From Vicugna vicugna (taxonomy: Eukaryota), in NCBI GenBank assembly GCA_013265495.1, contig MU058636.1, forward strand, positions 1,302,001 through 1,366,000: a stretch of 64,000 bases of DNA, given 5' to 3'. Every line of letters starts with the position of its first letter. Within the stretch, counting starts at the first letter, position 1. Both the position numbers and the translations under genes were made by a program. This document shows positions 48,081 through 60,760 of this stretch, piece by piece. The notes below the pieces were generated by a model. That model had not been told where the DNA came from. It did not search any database and worked only from the letters and a program-made list of their open reading frames with translations.

Positions 48081-49679
48081 AATAAACAAACAAAACTTAT
48101 AACAGGGGATAAGCTTAACAAAGAAAAGAAAGCTGAATCTTGGTAAGAGATCTCCATGAGATTTTAACATACCTTGTTACTACAACCCCCGGCTGCCCAA
48201 CACAGCTACAGACTTGAGGACAGAAGCCCATGTTCCTGGTGCAGGTTACTGGTCCCAGAGAGACCAATGCTGGCCTTACTCTCTAAGAATCGTGCTTCTG
48301 TGTTTTGGCCTGTATGGCAGTGCCCTGAGGGATTCGTTTAAGGGCTTGCCCAGAGCTTCCCCCTGGGTGAGGCAGCTTCCTGGGTAACATTTGCCAAAAA
48401 CATTTCAAGGCAAACGTATCAGCTGCCGCCACCTGCAGCAGAGGATAACAATTAGGCCAAGCAACAGGAAAACCAAAAACCCTAGTAAGAAAGAGGCGTG
48501 AGAAGGGCATTGTTCAGGGAATGCAGGCTCTGAAAAGCTTCCACGTGCAGAAGGCCTCATGCATGCGTGGTCTGCACGTGGGCTCAGAAGAGGCCGGCGA
48601 AGGCACGAAGCTCTCCTTAGGGGCTGCCCGCAGGCCCCACACAGGCAGGAAGTGCAGGCTTGGCCAACCACCGAGGGAGCACCAACGTGCGCCAGTCTGA
48701 AAAGGCTGAAAAAAAGCTTTAGCGGGATGTTTTTGTTTTTGGCCCCAGGCACTTAAAGAAAATTCTGCAAAACCACTCGCTGACCACTAGGCTGATGGAA
48801 CAGGGACTTCAGGGCTCACACGGTTGTCTCCACAGGGGAGGCTGGGTGAAGGGCATGCGGGATCTCTTTATACTATTTTTGCAGCTTCGGAGGAATCTAT
48901 AATTATCTCAAAATAAAACGTCAAAAATACATTAAAATTTTAAAATCAAGTGAGCTGAGTTTCACAGAGGAAGGCCCCCAAACCTTGTGGGGCTGGAGCA
49001 TCTTTCCAGAACCACCACCGGAGGACGAATGCCTCCGTGAAGGAAGAGCATTTAGAGGAAGGACACACACAAGACTCAGCTCTGCCGCAAAATGGTACCG
49101 GGTCCATTACTTTCCGGTGTACAACGAGCTGCTCTTACAGCTAGTGTGCACAGAAATGGTGCCGCTCCTCACACAAAATTGTAGTGGCAGGAGGAACCTT
49201 AGCGAGACAGACTCCTGAAGTTCCACCTAGAAAGTCTGGAGAACAAGAGAGAAAAGAGAATTAGCCTGTGGTCATCCCACAAGACGGCAAACTCCAAAGA
49301 CAGTCTCCAGACCCCTCAGCCAAGGTCTTTCCCACCACACCATGCGGAGCTCAGTGGTGAGATCCTTAAACTCTTCAGATGGGGAACAGACACGATTCTT
49401 TGATCACTAAAATAAAGAGCCACCCACTCAAGATTCTAGAATAGGAAATATTTTTCCCCTTTGAAATGTGAAAAAGATAGGTGCTGCTGAAAATTCTATA
49501 ATACCTCTTCTTCTAAGCTTTTCATAAAAATTAATTAAAATATTGGAGGGGAAAAAAGACAAGGCTGAAATCCATTATCCTGCTGGCATTCTGTCTCCAT
49601 GGTTACCTCAGTATTACATCTCCACAGCTGCTTGGGGCAGAGGCCTCCCTGGATGAGAGCCAGTGTTTGTTGTAAGCAG

Positions 49680-51990
49680 CTTTATTGAGATATAATCTAC
49701 ATATCTTAAAATTAACCCGTTTCAATGGTTTTTTACTATATTCAGAGTTGTGCAGTCATTACTACAGTCTAACCCTAGACCATTTCCGTCATCCCAAAAT
49801 AAACCCCGTGCCCTGCAGCTGTCAACTCCCTTTCCCCTCTCGCCTCAGCTTCAGGCCACCACTAACTCTGCAGGTTCCTGTCTCCGTAGGTTCGCCTATT
49901 CTGAATATTTCATATAAAGAGAATCATATAACGTGCGTTCTTTTCTGTCTTGCTTCTTTTATTGAGCACAATGTTTCTGAGGTTCATTCAATTGTCAATG
50001 TACCAGTGCTTCATTCCTTTTTATTGTCAAATAGTATTCTTTTCTATGGATATGCTACATTTTCTTTATCCAGTGGATGGACATTTGAATTGTTTCAACT
50101 TTGTGACTACTGGTGCTCTGAATACCCAATGTGAAAAATCTTTGTGTCAATATGTGTTTTTGTTTCTCTTTGGTAGATACCCACGGGTGGAACTGTTAGG
50201 CCACCTGGTAATTCTAAAGTTGACCTTCTGAGAACTGCCAAATTATTTTCCAAAGTGGCTTCACTATTTTACATTCTCATCAGTAATGCATTTTCTCCAC
50301 ATTTCCCCACATCTTTGCCAACATTTGCTAATATCTTTTTTATTATAGCCACTATAGTAAGTGTACAGTAGTAACCAACTGCAGTTTTGATTTGCACTTC
50401 CTTAGTTACTAGTAATACTGAGCATCTTTTCGTGTACTTATTGGCCATCTGTATATCTTCTTTTTAGAAATGTCCATTCAAACCCTCAGCCCATTTGAAA
50501 TAAATTGGGTCTTTTTATTACTGAGTTGTTAGAGTTTCATACTCTAGATATAAGTCCCTTACTGAATATTTGATTTGCAAATATTCCTTCCATTCTGCGG
50601 GTTTTTTCACTTTCTGGAAAGTGTTCTTTGAATGCAAAAGTTTTAATTTTGAAAAGTCCAATTCGTTAGATTTTCTCTTACTCTGTGCTTTGAGTGTTAT
50701 TCCTATGAAATCATTGCCAAAACCCAATGTCACAAAGACCTTGTTTTGTTCTAAAATTTACAGTTCTAGCTCTTACATTTAGGTCTATGATCCATTTTGA
50801 GTTAACTTGTATGTATGGTGCGAGATTGATATCAAAATTCTTTTTTTTCCCTGCATATGTGGATTTTCCACTGTCCCAGGACCATTTTTGAAGCCCTCTT
50901 CTTCCCCAATGGGCTTTCTTGGCACTTTTGCCAAAAATCTATTGACCGTAAATGTAAGGGTTTTTTTTTGTGGGCTTCTTAGTTCTATTCCATTGATCTA
51001 TATTTTATCCTTTTGCCAGTACCACACTGTCTTGATTACTGTAGCTTTGCATTAAGTTTTGAAATGGGGAAGAGTAGGTTGTCAAACTTCATTCTTTTTC
51101 AAGATTGTTGTGTCTATTTTGGGTCCTTTACATTTCCATGAGAATTTTAGCTTACCAATTTCTACCAAAAAAAAAAAAAAGCCAGCAGAGATTTTAATAG
51201 GGTTTGTACTGTATATGCAGATCAACTTTTCTTTTTGCCTTTTTAACAATATTGTCTTTCTTAGTCTATGAACATAGAATGTTTTCCCATATATTTAAGT
51301 CTTCATTAATATTATTCAACAATATTTTATAATTTTAAGGGTAGAATTCTTGTGCTTTTGCTAGATTTATTCCAAAGTACATTAACTAGACTGATCGTGG
51401 TGATCATTCTGCAATATATACAAACATCAAATCATTATGTTGTACACCTGAAAGTAATACATTATTATATGTCAATTATATCTTGATTTTTTAAATAAAG
51501 AATTTATACCTTAAATTTTCCTGTAAATACTGCTTTCATTGCATCCCATAAACTTTGGCATATTTCATTTTCATTCATCTCAAAGTATTTTCTAATTTCT
51601 ATTATGATTTCTTCTTTAATCCAATGTAACTTATAGTGTGTCATTTAATTTTCACACATTTGTGATTTCCAAACTTTTCCTTATGTTTCCATTGTGGTTT
51701 GAGAACATACTTTGTATGGTTTCAATTATCTTGAATTTTTTGAGGCTTGTTTTACGGCCTTGTATAAGGTCGACCCTGGAGAATGTTCTCCATGCACTTG
51801 AGAAGATGTCTATTCTGCTAATGTTGTTTGAATGCTCTCTAGATGTCGGTTAGCTCTCTTTGGTTGATAGTATTGTTCAAGTGTCCTATATTCTTGCCAA
51901 ATTTCTGTCTGGTTGTTCTATCCATTATTGAGATGAGGTATTGAAGTCTCTACCTATTATTTTTGAATCTTATATTTCTCCCCCCAGTTA
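49680..51990 (-). mobile_element. L1 fragments (mostly antisense; short sense 3' piece near 51385-51500)
   Basis: TTTATTGAGATATAAT 3' terminus and antisense ORF2 motifs throughout. Confidence 0.85.
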
Positions 51991-51999
51991 TCTTCTGTT

Positions 52000-52612
52000 T
52001 AATCTTAACACTAAGCTCAGAGTGATCTTTTACAAAAATAAATCAGATTATGTCACTCCCCTTCAAAGTTCTTTCATGCCTCCCCACGTGCCTCACTCAG
52101 AGTTCAAACCCAAGCACCCCCATCACCTTTCAGTGAATTCCACTCTATCTCCTCCTCCTCTCTGGTCCAGCGGACGGCCAGTGCCCCAACCCCAGCGTTG
52201 CTCACACATCTCAGACACTCTGTCTACAGGATCTTTGCACTTGCTGCTCTCTTTGCTTGAAAAGCTCTTATCTGTCCTTGAAAGGACATCTGCATGACTG
52301 ACTTCCTCACTTTCTTCAGATTTTTGCTTTTTCTCAATGAGGTCTTCTCTCTTTAAAACAGTGATGTCTCATCACTTCCCCTTTTGTGTGATTTTCTCCT
52401 CCAGAGCACTTGTCTCCATCTGTCATAATGTATATGTTGTAACATTGTAATGTAAATAATGTATTTTTTCTTATCTGTCTTTCACCACTAGAATGCAAAC
52501 TTCAAGAGCACAGGGATCTTTGTTCTGTTTCATTCCCCCTGTATCTCCAGTATTAGGTCAGTGCCTGTCACCTTGTAGATGCTCCGTGAACATATGCTCG
52601 TGAACGAATGAA
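52000..52612 (+). mobile_element. L2 3' region
   Basis: CCACTAGAATGCAAACTTCAAGAGCACAGGG...TGAACGAATGAA terminus. Confidence 0.75.
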
Positions 52613-54120
52613 CGCCCTGAGCACTGCTGAGGAAACCGGTCAGCTGGGTAGCAGACTAAGTTGGATTTCCTGTCAATTTTAAGGAGACCCTAAATCCCAA
52701 TTCATACTGTTACTACAATACTCTGCAACTGTGAATGACCACTTTCTTAAAATTCCATTAATACTATTAAAATTATCCGCATTAGCACTGATCCGACTGA
52801 GCCATTCTGTTGCTCCCTTCCATTTCCATCTTTTCCATCTCTGTTTCCAAATATTTTTTGAATGTTCACTATACGCTAAGTGCTGGATATAAAGTACTAC
52901 ACCCACAGTGATAAAGTCCTTCTCTTTATGAAGATTACATTACAATTTTCTGAAATCCATTGTGCCAAAGAAATCAGACCACTATTCCAAGAAGTTCCCT
53001 ATCTAGTTTACTCTTCAAGTATCTTCTCCTAGATCAATTAAAATCAAATAGAATTCTAGCAAATTGTTTAAACTGAACCTCACCAATTTCATGCACATAA
53101 ATCAGTTTTTGAATACTACAGAAACCAAGTTTTAAGCATCACGGATTCTTGAAAACTAGTTTGAAGAAAATAGTTTGCAGTGGAATTGCATTTACAAAAT
53201 TCAAAAGATTTGTGAAAATTAGCAGCATTAAACTAACGTCTGACCAAAGTTGTTCACACATTTTTATGCTTCAGCTACCAATCCCTGTGCTAAAACTTTT
53301 AAAAACCATTTTATATCAATTATTTTGCAGAAGTATTTTGATGTCATTGTGGTTCATTATAATGCTTAGAGTTACTGTCAGTTTTCCAAAAAAGTCTATT
53401 TTGAAAATTCCTGGCATATATGAGACTGTAGCCAGAGTAATTTTTCTAATGGCTAAAAAGGTTTTAGTCTTCTGTCAGCAAGTACTGAAGTCAAAATATT
53501 TCAACCACAAATTCTTCTTTATTCCGTAAGAGTACAGCCAAGTACCTGAATGGCAGCAGAGAGGCAGAGACAGAATGCTGTGCCAGTCGGCAGAAAATGC
53601 TCAACCTATTCATAGGACAGAAGCCGAATTGCACACCTATTTCATTCGACAACCAGAAAGCCTTTTTTTGAAAAAACTTCAGTGGGTTTCTTTTTAAAGT
53701 GTCCCCAAAAGAAATTTTAAGAAGCATAAACCAAGGGCTAGATCCATATCTATTTGATTTTCCCACAAAATTTGACCTGTTACACTAATAAGCAGTTTCA
53801 CTAGAAATCTAAGGACATGACAGAATAACAATGAAGCAAAATTAGCCTAATTACAGAGTAAGTTAAAAACCTAAGAACGTCAGTTCAAGGCAATCTAGCA
53901 AAGTTGTGCAGTGACTTGTCCAGAATTCACAAAGCAAAATGGAAATAATCCCATGTGTCCAAGTTCCTGAATAACTTTGCAGAAGCAAGCTCACTATGGG
54001 GCTCACCCAATAGGAAAATATGTAGTCAAAGTTTTCTACAAATGGAGATTACTTCAGGAAACTCGCACTGATATCCCTGCCTGTCCTACATACAGTAGCA
54101 ACAGAGGCAGAGGACCAGGA

Positions 54121-54322
54121 CAGTGCTCTGAAACATTCTGACCTCGGTACACCTTTACCTCTTAAAAGACCATTGAGGACCAGTAAGAACTTCTGTTTCT
54201 GTGGGTTTTATCTGTCAATATTTACCATATTAGAAATTAAAATGAGTAATGTTTAGAAATATTCATTAACTTACATAAAATAATAAAAATCCCACTACAT
54301 GTTAACATAAATAACATTTTAT
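54121..54322. mobile_element. Charlie1-like hAT terminal fragment
   Basis: CAGTGCTCTGAAAC...CCTTTACCTCTTAAAA...TTTACCATATTAGAAATTAAAA...CATGTTAACATAAATAACA. Confidence 0.75.
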
Positions 54323-54329
54323 TTATTTA

Positions 54330-56220
54330 AGTTCTCTTACTTTTTCTCTTGGTGAGTTTACTTAAAGGCCTGTCAAATCTGTTTATCTTTTCAAAGAGCC
54401 AGCTCTTACTATCATTAATCTTTTCTATTGCCTCTATTTATTTCTGCTCTAATCTTTGTTTTTTCCTTTGACTAATTTCACCCTTCGTTTCTTCTCTCTC
54501 TAGTTCCCTGAAGTGTAAAGTTACACTGCTCATTTGAGACTTCTCTTGTTTCTTGAGGTAGGTAACAGCTTGTGCTGTATCCCGTGAAATTTGGTATATT
54601 CCCAAGTTCATTTGTTTCAATGTATTTTTTTTTATTTCTCTCTTGATATCTTTTTGACCTATTGGTTGTTCAGTAGCATGTTGTTTAATCACCACATATC
54701 TGTGAATTTTCGAGTTTTCTTTGTGTAACTGGCTTCTAGTCTCACATAACTGTGGTTAAAAAAGATGCTTGATATGATTTCAATCCTCTTAAATTTATTA
54801 AGACTTGTTTTGTGGCCTAAAACAAGACCCACCCTGGTGAATGAATGTGCCATAGAGAAGAATGTGTACGCATTCTATCACTTGAAAAAAAAAAAGAGTA
54901 TGGCATTGGCATAACAGACACACAGATCAGAGGACCAGAATACAGAACCATACGTAAATCCATTCCTATATGGTCAATTAATTTATGATAACGGAGCCAA
55001 GAATATACAATGGGAAAAGGACAGTCTCTTCAATAAATGGTGTGGGGAAAACTGGATAGCCACAAGCAAAAGAATAAAACTGAACCACTGCCTTACACCA
55101 TACACAAAAATTAGCTCAAAATGGATTAAAGACAAATGTAAGAACTGAAACCATCAAACTCCTAGAAGAAAACATAGGTGGTGAGCTCCTTGACATAGGT
55201 CTTGGCAATGATTTTTTAAAATTTGACACCAAAAGTAAAAACCACCAAAGCAAAAATAAACAAGTGGGGTTACACCAAAGTAAAAAGCTTCTGTACAGCA
55301 AAAAAGGAAACCGTCAACAAAATTAAAAGGCAATCTACTGAATGAGAAAACATATTTGCAAATCATATATCTCATAGGAGACTAATATCCAAAATTCATA
55401 GATAACTGATACAACTCAATGGCTAAAAAAAAAAACACAAAAATCTTATTAAAAACTGGGCAGAGGAACTGAATAGACATGTTTTCCCAAGAAGACATAC
55501 AGATGGCCAACAGGTATGTGAAACAATGCTCAACATCACTAATCATCAGGAAAATGCAAATCAAAACCACAGTCTGAGGACGTGGCCTCATACCTGTTAG
55601 AACAGCTATTATCAAAAAGGCAACAAATGACATGTTGGCGAGGGTGTGCAGAAGAGAGAACGCTTATGCATCGTTAGTGAGAATGTAAACAGCTGCAGTC
55701 ACTGTGGAAAACAGTATGGAGGTTACTCAAAAAATTAAAAATAGAACTATCATATGATCCAGCTAGTCCACTTCCAGGTATTTATCCAAGGAAGACAAAA
55801 GCACTAGCTTGAAAAGATATACACCTCCATATTCACTCCAGCACTGCTTACAACAGCCAAGATACAGAAACATCCTGTGTCTACTGACGGATGAACAGCT
55901 AAAGAAATTGTGATATACATATATGTGACATATACATATATATATGTTGGGATATTACTCAGCCATAAAAAAGAAAGAGATCTTACCATTTGTGACAACC
56001 TGGATGGAACTTGAGGGCATTATGTTAAGTGAAATAAGTCAGAGAAAGACAAATACTATATCATCTCTCTCATATGTAGAACCTGAAAAAAAAAAAGACA
56101 AGGTCTTAGATACAGAGAACAGATTGGTGGTTGCCAGAGGCACGGGGTGAAAGGTGGGAGAAACGGGTGAAGGGGTCCAAATGTAAAGTTCTTTAAATTA
56201 ATAAATAATAAGTAAAAAAA
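54330..56220. mobile_element. L1: antisense ORF2 segment (about 54330-54870) abutting a sense 3' segment (about 54895-56220)
   Basis: - strand ORF 54438-54695 resembles ORF2 just after the endonuclease domain. + strand has GKDSLFNKW- and ILPFVTTWMELEGIMLSEISQ-type motifs. Confidence 0.88.
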
Positions 56221-56439
56221 TTTTAAGGACAACTTAATCCATTGTGTCTAATTCATTTATACTTAACTCATCAAAATGTATTTTGTAAGACCCATTTATC
56301 ATCCAAGAAATCTTTTGAGTCTTTTTAAGACAAGTCTTTTGTCTTTGAATCAGTGAATTCCAATTTTCCATATGAATGAAGCACGGACCTTGAAAGACTG
56401 AAGATTAACTGATTTTCAGCTTAGATTCTTGAAATATTT

Positions 56440-56538
56440 TGTTTTACTTTTTTTTTTTTAATGAATGTACTGGGGATTGAACCCAGGACCTCATGCATGC
56501 TAAGAATGTGCTCTACCACTGAGATATTTCCCTCCCTC
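56440..56538 (-). mobile_element. vic-1-like SINE
   Basis: GTACTGGGGATTGAACCCAGGACCTCATGCATGCTAAG...CTCTACCACTGAG preceded by poly-T. Confidence 0.88.
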
Positions 56539-58184
56539 AAATCCCTGAAATTTTAAGTGAAATCAAAATTTGATATTCTGTTTTCTGCTTGAGCACTGGT
56601 CATTTAAAAAAAAAAAAGAAATTTCTTAACTCAGATCCAGGTAGCCATAATCAACCAATTAGAGGGCTAAAAACAGATGTGAAATGTGTCTATCAGGCCT
56701 CATCAAAATTATTATAAAGCAAGTGTGTGGGATCAGAGGGTGAATTCCTTCCTTCCTTCTTCACAAACACAAAAAGTAAGTCTGTCAGCAGGCGATGAGG
56801 ATAGCTCCCAGTGTTGGTGCTACCTAGAAGGACTGATGTGATCATTATGGGGGTTAAGGTTCAAATTGAATGTGTAATTACATGGTCACAAGCCTGTTTA
56901 TGCCTGTTTTCATGTAAAGAATCAAATTCTGGAAGGGTGCAATCTTAGTCTTACTTGATTTAAAAAAAAAAAGATTTTTATCTTGTTCATTTTTTTCTGT
57001 TTCTCAAAATCTCAAAAGAAAATTTTAAGGGAAAAAAGATGATTTTGCATAATTATTTTTCACCAAATGTATTTCAATTATTCATAGTATTTCTGCCTCA
57101 TTACTTTAGCTGTCATTACAGGGACATCTCCCTGGAGACAAGAATTTTCATGACATACTTCTTACACTAGGAACTCCTCAGCAGTTCTTCCTTGAAATTG
57201 TGCCCCTGCCAATCCACCAAGACAAAGGGCAAATCCAACAGAGTTGAGTGATATTGACTAGAGTTCCCAATTAGTCTCACATGTAAAGAGGGTAGATCCA
57301 CATTTTCTACTTAGAAACTTTGTCCTGCATGAGTTAAAATGCCTATGTCTTCTGAAAACCACAATAAAGCAAAATATTTTGTTGATATCCTTCCACAGGG
57401 AAAAGTACAAAAATGGAAAGAGATGTGAATTTAGCTTAATTTAGCTATGGGTTTTGCTGAGGATTTTACTCAAGCCTGGTACAAAATCATGAATTTGCTT
57501 CATTTTAGTAAGTCACATTCCTGTGCATTTGTTGACCTTATTTTCCAGAGCTTTTGAATGGCTTTCATTTCTCTGAGTGTTTAAAGCTATTATCCATTTG
57601 TACACCTTTACATAAGCAAAAATACTTTCTGCCTGAAATACCCTCACTCCCTGTTCTCTGGTCAGTGTTGCTCTTTCAACAAACTCAACCTCCACTGTGA
57701 AGCTTTCTTCTTCATTTGGGGGACCCATGCCCTTCTTCTAATCTAGGGGTGGTGGCATCAACTGTGGAACCCCACACCACTCATACGCAGTGCCCGTTAC
57801 TACCGCACTCAGAACTCTGTATCCCCTTTCTCCTCCACCAAACTCTTTGTGGAGTCCTTGAGGGCAAGGATCATGTTTTATTCATTTTTATAGTCTCATC
57901 ACTCAGTACAGTACCTGATTTAATCTAGATGCTTATAAATATTGAATGAATTTTGACTTTTCCTATTTCCTACATTGAACTTACTTCACATTTCTTTTTA
58001 AGTTTCAATGCCTTTCTTACTCATTTTGCATTAATGATCTCAAACTGGAGATAAATTGACCATCACTTAGGAAACCACTTTGGTTTTCAGATCTGTATGA
58101 TGGAGCTAATGACACAAACCTATTTAAAAAGACTGCAGGAAAAATAAACGCCTTACTCTCTTCAGAGGAAAATGCTAAACAAAA

Positions 58185-58740
58185 TAGGGGTTCACTTTGG
58201 AAAACCATTTGGCAATTTTCTATGAAGTTACATACCTAGTGGTCAAGCAATGCTAATTCTAGTTATTTATTCCAAAGAAATGAAAACATATTCACAAAAA
58301 TATTTATGGTAGCTTTATTAACAAACCCCAAATTTCCATCAAGAAGAGAATGTATAAATAAATTGTGGTATATTCATATGGTGGAATACTACTTCACAAT
58401 AAAAAATAAATTGAACTATTGGTACAAGCAATAACATGATTGAATCTCAAAAACATTAAGCTGAACAAAAAGAGCCAGACAAAAAAAAGAGTACACACTG
58501 TATAGTACCATCGACATGAAATTTAAGAATAGGCAAAATGAATCTATGGTTATAGAAACCGGAATATTGGATGGTGCTAGTGAGGGAGGGGATTAGCTGG
58601 GAAGAAGCGTCAGGAATTACCGACAGGGATGGCAATGTTCTATATCTTGACTGGGGATACTGGTTACAAGGGTATATAAGTCAAAATCACCCAAATGTAC
58701 ACTTAGGATCTGTGCATTTTAGTATATATATATTTTTAAA
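58185..58740 (+). mobile_element. Old L1 (L1ME-like) 3' end
   Basis: CACTTTGGAAAACCATTTGGCA...ATAAATTGTGGTATATTCATA...GTTCTATATCTTGA. Confidence 0.75.
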
Positions 58741-60464
58741 ACCTGCGTATACACACACACATACACAAATATATGTGTACAAAGTCTAAAATAGTAGGCC
58801 ACAGCAAGAACACATTTAATTTTGGAATTCATTTTGGTATACTATTATTTTAACATTCTCTAATTATGTTTTTCTTAGGATACCAGTAATATCACTTTAG
58901 TTATAGTTACAATTAGCCCGAATCAACTGATGAGTGAGATAAATAATAGACTATGCTAAGAAACAGAAAAATTGACTTAAAATTTTGCTATGACAAATAA
59001 GGGCATTTTCTAAAGTTAACTAAAATAGAAGTAACTGTAAACACCTTGGTCACAGAGATTTGGATTTGCTCTATAACGAAGAGATCTTATTACATTTCTA
59101 GCTATTTAGATAAATAAAGCAATGTATATATTTAGGAAGCAAGAAGGTAACGAATATGCCACTTGAAAGGCAAAGCGAACGGCTGGGGTTGGGGGGAAGC
59201 CCCCGAAGCTGGAAAGGGCTTGCCCAGGTCATGGAACTAAAGAGGGCAGTGGGAGCCACAAGGAACTGAGGGAGGAGCCAAGGGAAACTGAAAAGAAAAG
59301 CAAAAACAGGTTTATTCAGACCCTCATAAGGGTCTTATCCTAACAGCAATAGAAAATCTTTGGAGGGCTTTAAGCAAGGGAGTGATATAACTAGGTTTAC
59401 GTTTTTAAAACATCACTCTGGCTATGATGTAGAAAATGAACAGAACTGAGGCAAGAGAGAAAAAAAGTGACCTTAATGAAGCCATTCCTTCAGGTGAGAG
59501 ACTCCAGTGGTGGTGGCCAGAGATGGAAGAAGCAAAAAAAAAAAAAAAATTTTGCAAGTGGAACTGGGACAAAATGTGCTGATAGATTAGACATGAAAAG
59601 GGTAAGGGAAAACTTTAAGATGGAACTAAGGTTTCTAGCTTACACCATTTATTGACATACTGGAAATACTGGATCAAAAGTCTTATTTTGGACATGTTAA
59701 CTTTGAGATGCTAAAGGGTATCCCAGAACAGATGGCAGGTTAAATAGAGGTTCTGAGGAGAGGCCTGAATTAAAGAAATAATTCTGGTAGTAGAAGTAGC
59801 AGAGATGAAATGTAAAATGATGGTGTAGGTGGAATTACCTAGAAAGAGTGTACCAACAGAAGAGTGGGGGAGCAGTTCCAAGTCCCGAGAAAGCCTGTTA
59901 TTTAGAGGACAGGGAGAGGGGAAAACAGCAACACAGGCCGTGGAGTGGTCAGAAAGGGCAGGACTTCAAGGAGGAAGAGTGGACGACAGGGTTCAAAGCG
60001 TCTGAGAGATGACAGACAAGAACAGGGGATGTCTTTTGGTTTTGGCAACACAGAAGCAGTGGATGCCCTGGATAAGACAAGTTTTAGTGGCACGACTGGG
60101 GCAGAGGTTAGATGAAATGAAAACAGGACGGGAGATTAGGAAGAGAAGGCAGTGCTTGCTCATTATTAGGTTAAGCCACAACACTGCTGAAATCTGATAG
60201 CTTCTAATGTACAAAAACAGTAAGTTCATAGGATTGTTTGGATTCTTTTTTTTTTTAAGTTTGATGGAAGAAAATATGGAGCAGTAAATGGAAGGGAAGA
60301 TGAGGTCAAGTAGGGCTGGAAAGGAGAAGGCTGTGGGTTTTGGGTGGAACGACCAGAGCACATTTGTACCCAGATAACAATGAGGCTGGCATCAGTCGAA
60401 AGAAAGGTGGAAAATAAATAAATAATAAAAAAACAAACCTAATTACCTACCCCCCTCAAAAAAT

Positions 60465-60760
60465 ACATTATGACATCACTTATATGTGGAATCTAAAAAA
60501 AAAAAAAGACACAAATGAACTTATTTACAAAACAGAGACAGACTCACACACATAGAAAACAAACTTATGGTTACCAAGGGGGAAAGAGGGTGGGAAGGGA
60601 TAAATCAGGAGTTCAAGATTTGCAGATACTAACTACTACACATAATATAGATAAACAAGTTTCTACCATACAAAAGTGAACTACATTCAATATTTTGTAG
60701 TAAACTACAATGAAAAAGAATATGGAAAGGAATATATGTATGTATAAGAATAGGAAAAAA
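60465..60760 (+). mobile_element. L1 3'UTR fragment of the same family as 47345-48080
   Basis: ATCACTTATATGTGGAATCT...GACACAAATGAACTTATTTACAAAACAGAGACAG is nearly identical to 47741-47806. Confidence 0.85.
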
